DNA of 64,000 nt from Spirochaetota bacterium (lineage in GTDB: Bacteria; Spirochaetota; UBA4802; UBA5550), in the NCBI GenBank assembly GCA_963664815.2, contig CAXXHB010000003.1, positions 3,808,001-3,872,000 of the forward strand, written 5' to 3'. How positions within the stretch are numbered: position 1 is the stretch's first letter; each line of letters opens with the position of its first letter. The translations under genes were made by a program, and so were the position numbers. The notes under the pieces were generated by a model that was not told the DNA's origin, searched no databases, and saw only the letters and a program-made list of their open reading frames with translations. Positions 1 through 10,670 of the stretch are shown piece by piece.

Positions 1-88
1 ACTAACGCATTCAATTGTATTAATTTAAATCAGTTATTATTTCTGATTTCAAACATTCTCAGGATAAAAAGAGTTAACGGATTGTATT

Positions 89-313
89 ATGTATAAATCA
101 GTTTTTTTAAAAATTAAAATCACTACACTGTTGATTCTTTACATTGCTCCCTTAAACATGATTATACTTATTTTTCCACTTGAGAATACAGATGATAAAA
201 AACATTCATGGGTATCCGCAGGTATGACTTATACTGTAATATCTGATCTTGGAAAAATTGAAAACATAAATGAAAGATTTAAAAAAGATATGACAATAAT
301 TGCAAAAAAATAA
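89..313 (+). pseudogene. Short or truncated TolB-N/FlgO-like domain protein fragment
   Basis: Hydrophobic N-terminus, then FPLEN...WVSAGMTYTVISDLGKI, resembling the PFEN...G...DL start of TolB-N-like domains; ends at 74 aa. Confidence 0.35.
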
Positions 314-384
314 AACAATGTATATGCTGCTTGGGAACTCTGTCCCTGATGTGATTTTAGCAGTATTATCAGTAAATCCCAGGA

Positions 385-2115
385 ATGAAATCTATGAAAA
401 AAACAATTAATCTTCTAATAGCCGATGACGATCGCTTTATCCGAAGATCACTGACCCGCATGCTGGGACGCATCGATCTTTTCAGAATTTATGAGGCTGA
501 AGACCGTGACTCTGTTTTACGCACTATACACGATTTTAAAATCGACTGTGTACTGATGGACTTTTATATGTCAGATATCACAGGCCTTGAACTTATGCGT
601 CTTTTTAAAGAAGAGAAAATCACCGCCCCGGTAATTATGCTGACCGGCCAGGGAGATGAACAGCTTGCTATAAATATCATGAAAGCTGGCGCCTCTGATT
701 ATATACCAAAAACCCGGCTTTCGGAACAGGATTTTTCCATGACACTTATGACAATGATATCCAATGCCATAAGCCACCATGAAGAGAATGAGGAGAAAGA
801 CAGGGCACAGATTGCACTTGAACTTTCGGAGGCCAGGTACAGAGGACTTATTGAAAATTCTCCGATTTTAATTGTACGTTTTTTTCCCGATGAATACATG
901 ATATCGTTTATCAATGATTTTTTCTGTGTATATTTCGGAGTTGAAAGATTTACTATCCTCGGTGAAAATATACTGCAACTTATCCCCGAGAGTAACCATG
1001 ATTCATTTAAATATCATGTGCAGAAAATCACTGCGGAAAATACAGTCGCAAAATTTGAGCTTAAGACAATTTCTAATTCCACTGTGATGTGGCAGTTATG
1101 GACAGTACAGGGTATCTTCAATAACGACGGGGAAATAGCGGAATACCAGTGCATGGGTGAAGATATTTCCGACATGAAAAGAACAGAGAAGCAGCTTATG
1201 GAGCAAAAAAGATACCTCCAGTCAATCCTTGACTCGCAGGATAACATGATTATCGTGGCCGATAAGAATCTTATACATGAAGTTAATATAAGCTTTCTAC
1301 AATTCTTCGGTTTTTATTCCCATGATGATATGGTGAAAAATTATGATCGTGTCATTTCTATGACAGTTGAAATGGAAGGTTACATGAAGCCTGAGGAGGC
1401 CAGAAACATGTGGCTTGAGAATGTAAATAACGATATGGAAAACGAGCAATACCGTCTAATAGCACTTCAGCAGGAAGGTTCGGACAGTATCCGTTATTTT
1501 TCCGTTAAGTTCAGGCCGCTTTCAATAGATTCAGACATATTCGTTGTTGAATTTTCAGATGTTACAGCCCTTGAAGAACGTTCAAAGGAATTTGAGAACA
1601 GAGCCAATTATGATGCACTTACAAAAATACATAACCGCCGTAGATTTCTTGAGCTCCTTGACCGCGGCATAAAAACATCACAGCATCTGAACCAACATCT
1701 AAGTCTGATATTTTTTGATATAGACCACTTTAAAAACATCAATGACACGTACGGTCATAATACGGGTGATGAAGTGCTGAAAGGACTGGCTTCGCTTGTA
1801 TCCGCAACAATAAGGCGTACAGATGTCTTTGCTCGCTGGGGAGGGGAGGAATTCCTGATTCTTCTTGAATCCACCGATCTTGAAAACGCTGCCCGGACAG
1901 CAGAAAAAATCCGTAAGATTATTATGGAACATGAATTCCCTGACATAAAACACCTGACATGCAGCTTTGGTGTTACAACATATCAAACAGGAGAAAACAG
2001 CGAAACATTTATAAACAGAGCTGATTCAGCTTTATACCGCGCCAAGGAAAACGGCCGTAATCGTGTTATAGGAATAAAGAGAAAAAATAATGAAACATCT
2101 GAAAGGTGTAATTAA
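385..2115 (+). CDS. Diguanylate cyclase, REC-PAS-PAS-GGDEF
   Basis: IADDD...LMDFYM receiver; PAS segments; FFDIDHFKNINDTYGH...GGEEF; RxxD I-site (RRTD) five residues before GGEEF. Confidence 0.93.
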   Translation: MKSMKKTINLLIADDDRFIRRSLTRMLGRIDLFRIYEAEDRDSVLRTIHDFKIDCVLMDFYMSDITGLELMRLFKEEKITAPVIMLTGQGDEQLAINIMKAGASDYIPKTRLSEQDFSMTLMTMISNAISHHEENEEKDRAQIALELSEARYRGLIENSPILIVRFFPDEYMISFINDFFCVYFGVERFTILGENILQLIPESNHDSFKYHVQKITAENTVAKFELKTISNSTVMWQLWTVQGIFNNDGEIAEYQCMGEDISDMKRTEKQLMEQKRYLQSILDSQDNMIIVADKNLIHEVNISFLQFFGFYSHDDMVKNYDRVISMTVEMEGYMKPEEARNMWLENVNNDMENEQYRLIALQQEGSDSIRYFSVKFRPLSIDSDIFVVEFSDVTALEERSKEFENRANYDALTKIHNRRRFLELLDRGIKTSQHLNQHLSLIFFDIDHFKNINDTYGHNTGDEVLKGLASLVSATIRRTDVFARWGGEEFLILLESTDLENAARTAEKIRKIIMEHEFPDIKHLTCSFGVTTYQTGENSETFINRADSALYRAKENGRNRVIGIKRKNNETSERCN

Positions 2116-2194
2116 AAATTCAAGTCCAGACGATTGTAAACTGTCCAGCAGTTATAATTAAAAGTACAAGTTCTGTAAATTTGTTGACATGGCA

Positions 2195-2246
2195 TTTAAT
2201 TATAGTAACTATAAAGTAAAACTATTTTATAGTTACTATAATTAAA
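2195..2246. promoter_or_regulatory. Perfect 21-bp inverted repeat made of two TTATAGT-W-ACTATAA palindromes, probable operator
   Basis: tttaattatagtaactataaa-N10-tttatagttactataattaaa, between TTGACA (2184-2189) and the start at 2261. Confidence 0.55.
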
Positions 2247-2260
2247 CAGAGAACACTGAT

Positions 2261-2797
2261 TTGATGAAAAAAATATATATGTACCTATTGCCTATTTTTC
2301 TTTTTTTTATTATACTTCAGTTCTCCGCCTCCGGAGAAGAGCAGCATCTGACTTTTACAGTAATCATAATCCCGGGGTATGATGTGCCCGATTATCTGAA
2401 CAACAGCTCTTACATTAAAATAAGGAATCCTCTGAAAAATGAAGGGTATACTATTGATGATTATCATCCGGATATTAATAAAAATATAAGCTTCGATAAT
2501 TGTATCAGTCGGAATTGTGTTCAGGAGATTAAAAAAATTTTTCCTGATAAAATCGTTATAGTGATTTCTATCACTGCAGCTGAAGTTAAGATAGGTCACA
2601 AGCAGTTAAGCAGGTATCTGATGGAAGATATAACTGAAATAAGATATACAATTTATGTGCTAACCACCGATCCTTTAAAAGATAAATATGAACTCACATT
2701 TAAAAAAACATTCCTTGATTCAACAAAGCTTCTTAATGAAGCGGGACAGATCGGATTAAAAATCGGCGAGCATTATTCCGGCAAAAGGATGAATTAA
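2261..2797 (+). CDS. Exported hypothetical protein
   Basis: Signal-peptide-like N-terminus; CISRNC motif; 1 bp from the next gene. Confidence 0.7.
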   Translation: MMKKIYMYLLPIFLFFIILQFSASGEEQHLTFTVIIIPGYDVPDYLNNSSYIKIRNPLKNEGYTIDDYHPDINKNISFDNCISRNCVQEIKKIFPDKIVIVISITAAEVKIGHKQLSRYLMEDITEIRYTIYVLTTDPLKDKYELTFKKTFLDSTKLLNEAGQIGLKIGEHYSGKRMN

Positions 2798-2798
2798 A

Positions 2799-3371
2799 AT
2801 GAGTAAAAGACATATAATCATAAACAGGAATTTTCAGATTAATATTGCCGTTTCATTCACAATTATCACCGCCTTGACAATGTCTGTGATAATTGTAGTT
2901 ATATCTTCAATACTGATTTCCAACAATATAAAACTCGATAAAATTACAAAGGACCAGCAGACTCTTTCAGAAACCGAAGGGGAGATATTCAAATCACTGA
3001 TAGGTTTATCAAATTCAAAAAAAATCAATAACCTCCACCTATCAACCTCACTGCTCCTTGAGGATAACGAAAAGACCGCCATTCTTATAAGCCGGAATAT
3101 TGAAGAAATAAGAAATATTACAGACAGAAACAGAATACTGATTATGATTCTGATTATCTCAGCAATAATCCAGTCAGCCATAGTGTTTTATTATATGCTG
3201 AAAAGATCACACAGAATCTCAGGGCCGATATTTCTTCTTAACCGGTACATTGATGAACTGAAAGCTGGCAATAGTCCGGAAATAAGATCTATTCGTTCTA
3301 ATGATGATTTCCACGAACTTTTTGACAATTTCAGTGAGTTTGTTGAACAGATTAAAAAAACCGGGAAATAA
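2799..3371 (+). CDS. Two-TM membrane protein with C-terminal HAMP-like region and no output domain
   Basis: Two hydrophobic helices, then SHRISGP...IRSNDDFHELFDNF. Confidence 0.7.
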   Translation: MSKRHIIINRNFQINIAVSFTIITALTMSVIIVVISSILISNNIKLDKITKDQQTLSETEGEIFKSLIGLSNSKKINNLHLSTSLLLEDNEKTAILISRNIEEIRNITDRNRILIMILIISAIIQSAIVFYYMLKRSHRISGPIFLLNRYIDELKAGNSPEIRSIRSNDDFHELFDNFSEFVEQIKKTGK

Positions 3372-3608
3372 ATTTCATCAGTCAGTGAAAACCTGCATAA
3401 CAAGCAATCACAAAATCATCTGCTCCGGCTTCAGACGATCACCATCCTACGCCGCACTGCTCATTATGGGAATAACAATTTCTGTCGGTCTTGTATATAG
3501 GTGATATTATGGAATTAATAATAAAGATTTATAGTTTTTCAGATTATAATTTTAACTATTTATAGTTAAGTTTACTTATAAGTAAGCTTAAACTGCAGGA
3601 GTATAAAC

Positions 3609-3962
3609 ATGATACCAAGAATAATTATTGTCGCAATAGCAATAGCGGCAGTATTGCTTTTTCTTTTTTTTAAAAAAGGAAACATCACACCAGACGATGA
3701 AATTCAAAAACTGATAGCAGATGGTGCACTCATTGTAGATGTACGTACCCCGGAAGAATTTAAAACGTCGAACTACAATGGGGCAATAAACATACCACTT
3801 GCCGACATAGAAAAAAATCTCCATATGTTCGGTATAAAAAACAGAAAAATTATTGTCTACTGCCGTTCAGGAAACAGAAGCGGAAAAGCAAAGAAGATTC
3901 TTGAATCTCATGGTTTTATAAACGTTATTAATGGTGGAGGTCTAAATGATATGCCAAAATAA
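3609..3962 (+). CDS. Membrane-anchored rhodanese-domain protein (PspE-like)
   Basis: IVDVRTPEEF, GAINIP, VYCRSGNRS active-site loop; RBS ggag. Confidence 0.9.
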   Translation: MIPRIIIVAIAIAAVLLFLFFKKGNITPDDEIQKLIADGALIVDVRTPEEFKTSNYNGAINIPLADIEKNLHMFGIKNRKIIVYCRSGNRSGKAKKILESHGFINVINGGGLNDMPK

Positions 3963-4070
3963 TTTTGCCGATTTAATTCGAGTCTCTGTATACAAAATTT
4001 ATAACAATATAAGCTAAAGCTTGATTTTATCAGTTCAATACAATAAAAAGATATATTAAGGCATATAAAT

Positions 4071-4793
4071 TTGATGGAAATAGATTCAGCCATAAAAAAG
4101 CTCCTATCATCGCGCCAAACAATAGCCCTTACCGGAGCCGGGATATCAACTTCAAGCGGTATCCCTGATTTCCGTGGGCCTAACGGTCTCTGGAGAAAAT
4201 ATGATCCGTCTTTGTATGCACATATAAACACATTCAGACTTGATCCAGCGAAGGTATGGGAACTGGCACTTCAACTAACAGAAATATCCCGTAGTGCAAA
4301 AGCTAACTGTGCACACCAGGCACTGGCAGAGATGGAACACCGTGGTCTGCTTAACGGCATAATTACGCAGAATATTGATACATTGCATAGACGCGCAGGA
4401 AGCAGAAATGTAATTGCATACCATGGCACCATGGAAAAGGCAGTTTGTACTCGATGTTACACAACAGCAGACGTTCAGATCGACACTGTTCCTGTATGTA
4501 ATAACTGCGGCAGAATAATGAAACCGGAGTTTACTCTTTTTGGAGAACCGGTACCTGCAGCAGCTTATCTTGAAGCACGTAATCTTGCTTCATTCTCAGA
4601 TGTTTTTATTATTGCAGGAACTTCTGCCATGGTACAGCCTGCAGCCGATCTTCCTTATATAGCAAAAAAGAACGGAGCATATATTATAGAAATGAATTTA
4701 GAAATGACAGGACTCACAAACTTTATTACTGACTTTTTTATTCAGGGATCTCTTGAAGAGACCCTGCCGCATCTGGTATCCCTGCTGAAGTAA
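4071..4793 (+). CDS. cobB: NAD-dependent protein deacylase (Sir2 family)
   Basis: GAGISTSSGIPDFRG, TQNID, HG, CxxC...CxxC zinc motif, GTS. Confidence 0.92.
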   Translation: MMEIDSAIKKLLSSRQTIALTGAGISTSSGIPDFRGPNGLWRKYDPSLYAHINTFRLDPAKVWELALQLTEISRSAKANCAHQALAEMEHRGLLNGIITQNIDTLHRRAGSRNVIAYHGTMEKAVCTRCYTTADVQIDTVPVCNNCGRIMKPEFTLFGEPVPAAAYLEARNLASFSDVFIIAGTSAMVQPAADLPYIAKKNGAYIIEMNLEMTGLTNFITDFFIQGSLEETLPHLVSLLK

Positions 4794-4899
4794 ACCCGGG
4801 AAATGACACAGTAACTGCATATAAAATAATCTCTGTATCCAATCTGCTGGAAGCTTAAAGTCAGGGATTTATTGAGTAATATCTCTTGCAAATAATTTT

Positions 4900-5829
4900 T
4901 TAATTACTCCTGTATACTTCTCCATTAATATCTGAGAATTTTTTTACCAGTCCTTTCTTCTGAAGATTTTTTAAAACCCGTAATACATCAAAAAGTCTAA
5001 TGCCAAGCTGCCCGGAAATTTCCTTCGCTGCTAAACCATCTTCTCTGATTGTATCGATGACATTTTTTTCAAGATTACTGTAAAATTCTGTTATATCACT
5101 ATTGCTTCGAGCTCTACCGACAAGCTTTACCGGAAGCGGATAAAAAAACATTTTCACCCTCTCCATGTTTAACTCATCCATCGGTTTAACCCATTCCTCG
5201 GCTCCAGGTCTATCGAGACTGTTAAGGTGAATTTCATCAGGATTTATTTTTATGCATGCATTTTTAAGCTTACTGAGTTCATCATCAGCATCATTTATGC
5301 CGGCTATTATAAATATCTCAACACACAGGAGACCTTTAAACTCTTTGCGAAGAGACACTATCGACTCTATAATTGCTTCCGGCTTTGTACCAGCTAACGG
5401 CCTCATTATTTTGTTGAACACATCTTCACTTACAGCGTCAAGCGATGGATAAATAATATCAGCCTTAAGTATTCTTCTTCTTATATCGTATCTATTAAGC
5501 AGGGAACTGTTTGTTATAACAGCAATTTGATATTGCGGGTAAACTGTCTTTATATAATTAATTATATCACCGAGCCTGCTGTTAAGAGTAGGCTCACCCG
5601 AACCAGAAAAAGTAACAACATCAATAGCGGGCCCTTTATCCAGCGTCTGATTTATTTCTGAAACTATTTCCTCAAAGGGGAAGTATTCTTTTACTTCATC
5701 TGTCAGATCAGTTGTACTTCCGCATTCACAGTAAATACAATTAAACGGACACGTTTTGTATGGTACGATGTCAATTCCAAGAGATATGCCAAGCCTTCGA
5801 GAATTAACAGGCCCGAAAACATATTTCAT
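4900..5829 (-). CDS. Radical SAM protein (COG0731-like) with C-terminal HTH
   Basis: FGPVNSRRLGISLG, CPFNCIYC, FSGSGEPTL. Confidence 0.88.
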   Translation of the reverse strand: MKYVFGPVNSRRLGISLGIDIVPYKTCPFNCIYCECGSTTDLTDEVKEYFPFEEIVSEINQTLDKGPAIDVVTFSGSGEPTLNSRLGDIINYIKTVYPQYQIAVITNSSLLNRYDIRRRILKADIIYPSLDAVSEDVFNKIMRPLAGTKPEAIIESIVSLRKEFKGLLCVEIFIIAGINDADDELSKLKNACIKINPDEIHLNSLDRPGAEEWVKPMDELNMERVKMFFYPLPVKLVGRARSNSDITEFYSNLEKNVIDTIREDGLAAKEISGQLGIRLFDVLRVLKNLQKKGLVKKFSDINGEVYRSN

Positions 5830-7484
5830 TTTTTCTTCCCGGGCTCCTTAATCTCAATTTCGAAATCCATTGATATAAGCCCTTCTCTCTTTTCACAGTT
5901 AATAAACATCTCACCTATACGATTAACACCTTTAGCAACATCCGGATTGCTTTGAGTTTTCATCTGCATAAGCATTTTCAGAAACGCATTCTTCTGCATA
6001 TTCTTGATATTCAGAAGGAAAAATGTTTTATCATTAATTATCTTACCATATCTTCCTGTATTGGCAGCAACAGTGACGGTATCACTTTTCAGGGCGCTCT
6101 TCATAAGTCCCGTACTGTTTCCGGCATATATTCCTCTATGATCGCAACATATAAAAAACCTCATTCCGGTTTCATCTATAAACCAGAAACCTTTACTGCC
6201 GCCAATTTTCTCTTCACCGAACTTTTTATCTTTACTATATTTGGATTTAATTCCTTTCTTTAACTTCAGCCAGAACTCCTCGGTTTTTTTAGAATCACTC
6301 ATGGGTATAAAAACAAGAATATCTCCTATCCCTCCTGCTGATGAATCAAGCGCCATTATATTCATTCCACCTGTGAAGTAAGGTATAAAGTCTTTCTCCA
6401 CATCTATGCCTGTTTCCGCCTTGTACTGTTGTTTTATTGCATTATACTGCGCACACCATGCAACTTCCCCTTTGCATAAATTATCCAGATATTTAAGATT
6501 CATTGACATGAAAAGTGTTGTATCCGCTGCAGGAACGTATAACGACTTATCATGAACCCCGGTCTTAAGGAACGCCATTATCATATCAACATAGGGATTG
6601 TCACTGACCAGTTTAACTGCAGCGTTCATCTGGAACTTATTTCCTTCAAATCCCAATCCAGCCGATATATAATCAATTGAATCCATCAGCGAACCTTTTT
6701 CCTGCTCTCTCATACCACCCTGAGCAAGAATAAAGTCTTCAACAGAGTAAAGGCCGGTCTCGCTGTTTCCACCGGCAGACTGAAGATTCATCTGCATAAT
6801 AAATCTCTTTGTAATGAAAGCATTCAGATCATACCTGTTTTTACTTTTTGCAAGATAGTCTCTATAATTATTATCAAGAATAAGGCTTCCGTTACGCGCT
6901 TCCTTTATATCAAGAACTCTTTTTATAATATCACTTGTAGAACCTATTACAAGATAACCGTTAATTGCTGCTATAAATAGATCATTTTTTAGCTGATACA
7001 CTGTTACATTTTTATATAAAGCAGTAACAGGGGTGATGACCATCGCCGGGTTGTCAGAATTTGCCTTTTTTACTATTTCAATAAACTTGAGAGGGAATTC
7101 CTGCTCATTGATCACCGGGATAAAAAGAAGCTTAACATCATCCTTGCTGTTTTTATCAAGCATATTATCTTTATCAAAATTTGCATAAGATACAGGTCTA
7201 GATGTATCTATCCCTGTATTTCTTAAAGATTTTTCATCAAAGTAATCTATTCCGGTTTTATCCCTGAACTTGTTTCTTTCGGTTATAAATTCTCCTCTCT
7301 GCTTTTCATCCATGAGATTAAAAACCATATAGTTGACAGTTTTTATCAACCTTGTAATCTCTCTGGATTTAACAAACAGATTAACATCAGAAGGTGTCAA
7401 TGATTCAATATCTCCTGCCATCTGCCCAAAAGTAACTGAACCTGCCAGGAAAAAAGCAATTACTGCAAAATATAATCTTTTCAT
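5826..7484 (-). CDS. Exported hypothetical protein (DUF3352-like)
   Basis: Signal peptide; 552-aa ORF; 4-bp ATGA overlap with the radical SAM gene. Confidence 0.7.
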   Translation of the reverse strand: MKRLYFAVIAFFLAGSVTFGQMAGDIESLTPSDVNLFVKSREITRLIKTVNYMVFNLMDEKQRGEFITERNKFRDKTGIDYFDEKSLRNTGIDTSRPVSYANFDKDNMLDKNSKDDVKLLFIPVINEQEFPLKFIEIVKKANSDNPAMVITPVTALYKNVTVYQLKNDLFIAAINGYLVIGSTSDIIKRVLDIKEARNGSLILDNNYRDYLAKSKNRYDLNAFITKRFIMQMNLQSAGGNSETGLYSVEDFILAQGGMREQEKGSLMDSIDYISAGLGFEGNKFQMNAAVKLVSDNPYVDMIMAFLKTGVHDKSLYVPAADTTLFMSMNLKYLDNLCKGEVAWCAQYNAIKQQYKAETGIDVEKDFIPYFTGGMNIMALDSSAGGIGDILVFIPMSDSKKTEEFWLKLKKGIKSKYSKDKKFGEEKIGGSKGFWFIDETGMRFFICCDHRGIYAGNSTGLMKSALKSDTVTVAANTGRYGKIINDKTFFLLNIKNMQKNAFLKMLMQMKTQSNPDVAKGVNRIGEMFINCEKREGLISMDFEIEIKEPGKKK

Positions 7485-7980
7485 CTATATCCCTCGTTTT
7501 AATTTCTGTTTAATTCAACAATTGCAGTTAACGAATAAGCTGGAACATTGTCATTTAAAAAGCCTTAATATATCACAATTCCCACCTGTTCAATTCATTG
7601 ATTGAAAAAAATGAAAATAAACTTTCAAAATAAAAACAATTTCTGCACCGCATTTTATATTATGAAAAATATTTTACTGATTCATCGAAATTTTGAATTT
7701 TTTATAAACTACTAGTTAACTACCGTAATTTTATCACAAACCACTTTATACTATGTTTAATATAATTAAATTCACATTGATTTAAAGTAATTTTTCATCA
7801 AATATCAATAGCAAGTCAAATAAATAAAAAAAATAGTTGAATACAATATTACCCTGGAGCATTTTCGAATTAATAATTATGTTTGTTGTTTCTTAAATAT
7901 AAACAGTTTTATACATGCGTTATAAAGTATAGTATAAGTGATACACTTTTAAAAAACTGCAATAAATGCAGGGAGGACTA

Positions 7981-9162
7981 ATGAGTTCTATCGAAATAAA
8001 GAAAAGCTATGAAGAAATTAATGATAAAATAAAGAAAGGTATCGCAGTTGTTGTTACAGCGGAAGAGATGCCATCAATTGTCAAAAATGAAGGTGTAAAA
8101 AAAGCTTTTGAAAAAGTTGATGTAGTTACAACGGGAACTTTCGGAATAATGTGTTCATCAGGAGCCTTTCTGAATTTCGGCCACACAAAACCACGGATAA
8201 GAGCAACTAAAGTATTGCTTAACGATGTGGAAGCATATGGCGGAATTGCAGCAGTAGATTGCTATTTAGGGGCAACACAGGTTAAAGAAGATGATCCTCT
8301 TAACAGAATACATCCCGGTTCCTTCTCATACGGAGGTGGACATGTTATTGAAGATCTTATCGCCGGACGACATGTTAAGCTTAAAGCCTACAGTTATGGA
8401 ACAGATTGTTATCCATTGAAAGAGTTTGAAAAAACCATTACTATAAATGATTTACGAAACGCCTTCCTCTATAATCCAAGGAACTCATACCAGAATTATA
8501 ATACTGCAATAAACTGCTCAAAAAGAATTATATATACTTATATGGGTATTCTAAAACCCGATATGGGCAACATCACATATTCAAGCGCAGGGCAGCTTAG
8601 CCCTCTTTTAAATGACCCTTTTTACTGGACTATCGGTACAGGTACTAAAATTTTTCTCGGGGGGGCGATGGGGGCTGTAACATGGCAGGGAACCCAGCAT
8701 TCACCTGATGGAACACGTGATGAAAATGGCATGGTTACCGAGGGATCTGGAACAATCGCAGTAACCGGAGATATGAAAATGATGAACACTGAATTTATAA
8801 GGGGGGCGTCTATTACAGGATATGGCTGCTCTCTAATGGTTGGAATAGGTATTCCAATCCCAATACTGAATGAAGATCTGGCGTATTTCACAGGTTTGAC
8901 TGACATGGATATTAAAACCCCGATTATTGATTACGGCATAGATTATCCTAACGGAGAACCAAAGCCAATAAAACATGTAACCTTCGCAGAACTCAAATCA
9001 GGAAATGTAGAATTAAATGGTAAAACTATACCTTCATCACCACTATCCAGTTATCCCAAAGCTGTAAAAATTGCCAATACACTCAAACAATGGATTGAAC
9101 AAGGGTTTACCTTGGGAATACCGCAAATACAGGTTCCCACGGTCCCTTTTAAAAAGGAGTAA
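7981..9162 (+). CDS. Homocysteine biosynthesis protein / aspartate-semialdehyde sulfurtransferase (DUF39, MA1821-like, no CBS domains)
   Basis: VVVTAEE, VDVVTTGTFGIMCSSG, YGGGHVIEDL, GTDCYP, NPRN, AGQLSPLLNDP; RBS ggagg before 7981. Confidence 0.88.
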   Translation: MSSIEIKKSYEEINDKIKKGIAVVVTAEEMPSIVKNEGVKKAFEKVDVVTTGTFGIMCSSGAFLNFGHTKPRIRATKVLLNDVEAYGGIAAVDCYLGATQVKEDDPLNRIHPGSFSYGGGHVIEDLIAGRHVKLKAYSYGTDCYPLKEFEKTITINDLRNAFLYNPRNSYQNYNTAINCSKRIIYTYMGILKPDMGNITYSSAGQLSPLLNDPFYWTIGTGTKIFLGGAMGAVTWQGTQHSPDGTRDENGMVTEGSGTIAVTGDMKMMNTEFIRGASITGYGCSLMVGIGIPIPILNEDLAYFTGLTDMDIKTPIIDYGIDYPNGEPKPIKHVTFAELKSGNVELNGKTIPSSPLSSYPKAVKIANTLKQWIEQGFTLGIPQIQVPTVPFKKE

Positions 9163-9888
9163 ATGAAGCATAACAGAAGATTTTACAGAAATTATGACAG
9201 CATAAATAGATTCACCTTCAATGTAAAACTGGACACATCTGATCTTTTTATCATGGCAAACAGTGACCTGCGTGATGAAGCGTTCAGGATTTTAAAAGCT
9301 GTAAGAGCTGAACTTGAAAATTACATTAAAATTCATGATGAGTTTATACACTCCCTTAATCCTTTTATCCCGTATGGAGATGAACCTGAAATTTGCATTT
9401 CCATGTGTATAGCTTCCTCATCAGCCGGAGTAGGCCCTATGGCGGCTGTCGCGGGGGCTATTGCTGAAAGAGTCGGGAAAGAGCTTCTGAATTACTCAGA
9501 AGAAGTTGTTGTTGAAAATGGTGGAGATATCTGGATGAAACTTGATAAACCCATTACAACAGGAATCTATGTTAACAATATATACTTCAATGACAATATT
9601 GGAATAAAGATATACCCTGAAAAAATGCCATGTTCTATATGTACTTCAACATCCAGGCTTGGTCATTCTATAAGCTTCGGGAAGGCGGACTCAGTTACAA
9701 TAATCGCTGAATCCGGCGCACTCGCCGATGCAACAGCAACCGCTGTCTGTAACATGGTGCAGACAGAAAATGACATCAATAATGCGCTTGATTTCGGTCT
9801 TTCTATAGATGGCATTCGTGGATGCCTTATAGTTTTCAGAGATAAGCTTGCAGTTCAGGGTGATATTGAACTTGCTCCATTGAAATAA
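9163..9888 (+). CDS. UPF0280 / ApbE-like protein (MA1715-like)
   Basis: GVGPMAAVAGAIAE, VENGGDI, GHSISFGKAD, LADATAT. Confidence 0.88.
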   Translation: MKHNRRFYRNYDSINRFTFNVKLDTSDLFIMANSDLRDEAFRILKAVRAELENYIKIHDEFIHSLNPFIPYGDEPEICISMCIASSSAGVGPMAAVAGAIAERVGKELLNYSEEVVVENGGDIWMKLDKPITTGIYVNNIYFNDNIGIKIYPEKMPCSICTSTSRLGHSISFGKADSVTIIAESGALADATATAVCNMVQTENDINNALDFGLSIDGIRGCLIVFRDKLAVQGDIELAPLK

Positions 9889-10247
9889 CATTTTTTATAT
9901 TAATGATAAATTTTCTTGCAATATAATTTTATAAAGCAAATATAGTAATTGGAAATGCCTGAATCAATATTACCAGATTTACAAAAAAATAATTGAATAA
10001 GGGAAACCTTGGGCTGAATCCAGACATGACATTGTGATTAAAAAACATTCTATTCTGAAAACCTGACAACATTATGTTAAATCCGGAATAATAAAAAAAT
10101 AATCTCGTTTCATATAATTTATTACAGGTTCTGATAAATGGAGTCAACAAAAAATCACCCGATGTAGCTCATAAAGAGTATCAAAGCGGGATCGCAGGGT
10201 TACAAAACTTTTTTATAGCTCAATCGGGAATAAGTTGAGAGGAAAAA

Positions 10248-10670
10248 ATGAAATCTATAAACGTACTTTTAATTTTTAGAAAAGAAATAATGTATAAACC
10301 CATAATATACAGAATCGCAAAAGATTTTGACGTTATATTCAATGTTCTCGAGGCAAAAATTTTTCCAAAACTCGAAGGGAGAATTATACTCGGACTGACA
10401 GGTAGCGATTCTCAAATCAATAATACACTCAACTACTTCCGAACTGAAGATGTGGAAGTTCAGATACTGGCTGATATGATCAGACGAGATGAAAAAAAAT
10501 GTGTACATTGCGGCGCATGCACCGCTGTATGCAGAGTCGATGCGCTTTATATAAACAGGAATACAATGGAAGTGCTATTTAATCCTGAAAAATGCGTTGC
10601 CTGCGGATTATGCAGGTTGGCGTGTCCAGTTAATGCCATGTCGGGAACTGCAATAGACCGTGAAATCTGA
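10248..10670 (+). CDS. NIL domain + 2x[4Fe-4S] ferredoxin (MA1822-like)
   Basis: KPIIY...DVIFNVLEAKI NIL domain; CVHCGACTAVC and CVACGLCRLACP. Confidence 0.88.
   Translation: MKSINVLLIFRKEIMYKPIIYRIAKDFDVIFNVLEAKIFPKLEGRIILGLTGSDSQINNTLNYFRTEDVEVQILADMIRRDEKKCVHCGACTAVCRVDALYINRNTMEVLFNPEKCVACGLCRLACPVNAMSGTAIDREI

Noticed and set aside
7485-7980. SAM riboswitch upstream of the homocysteine gene
   Set aside because: The region is very AT-rich and lacks the SAM-I core (ATC...GAG.GA...GCAACC...GTGC)
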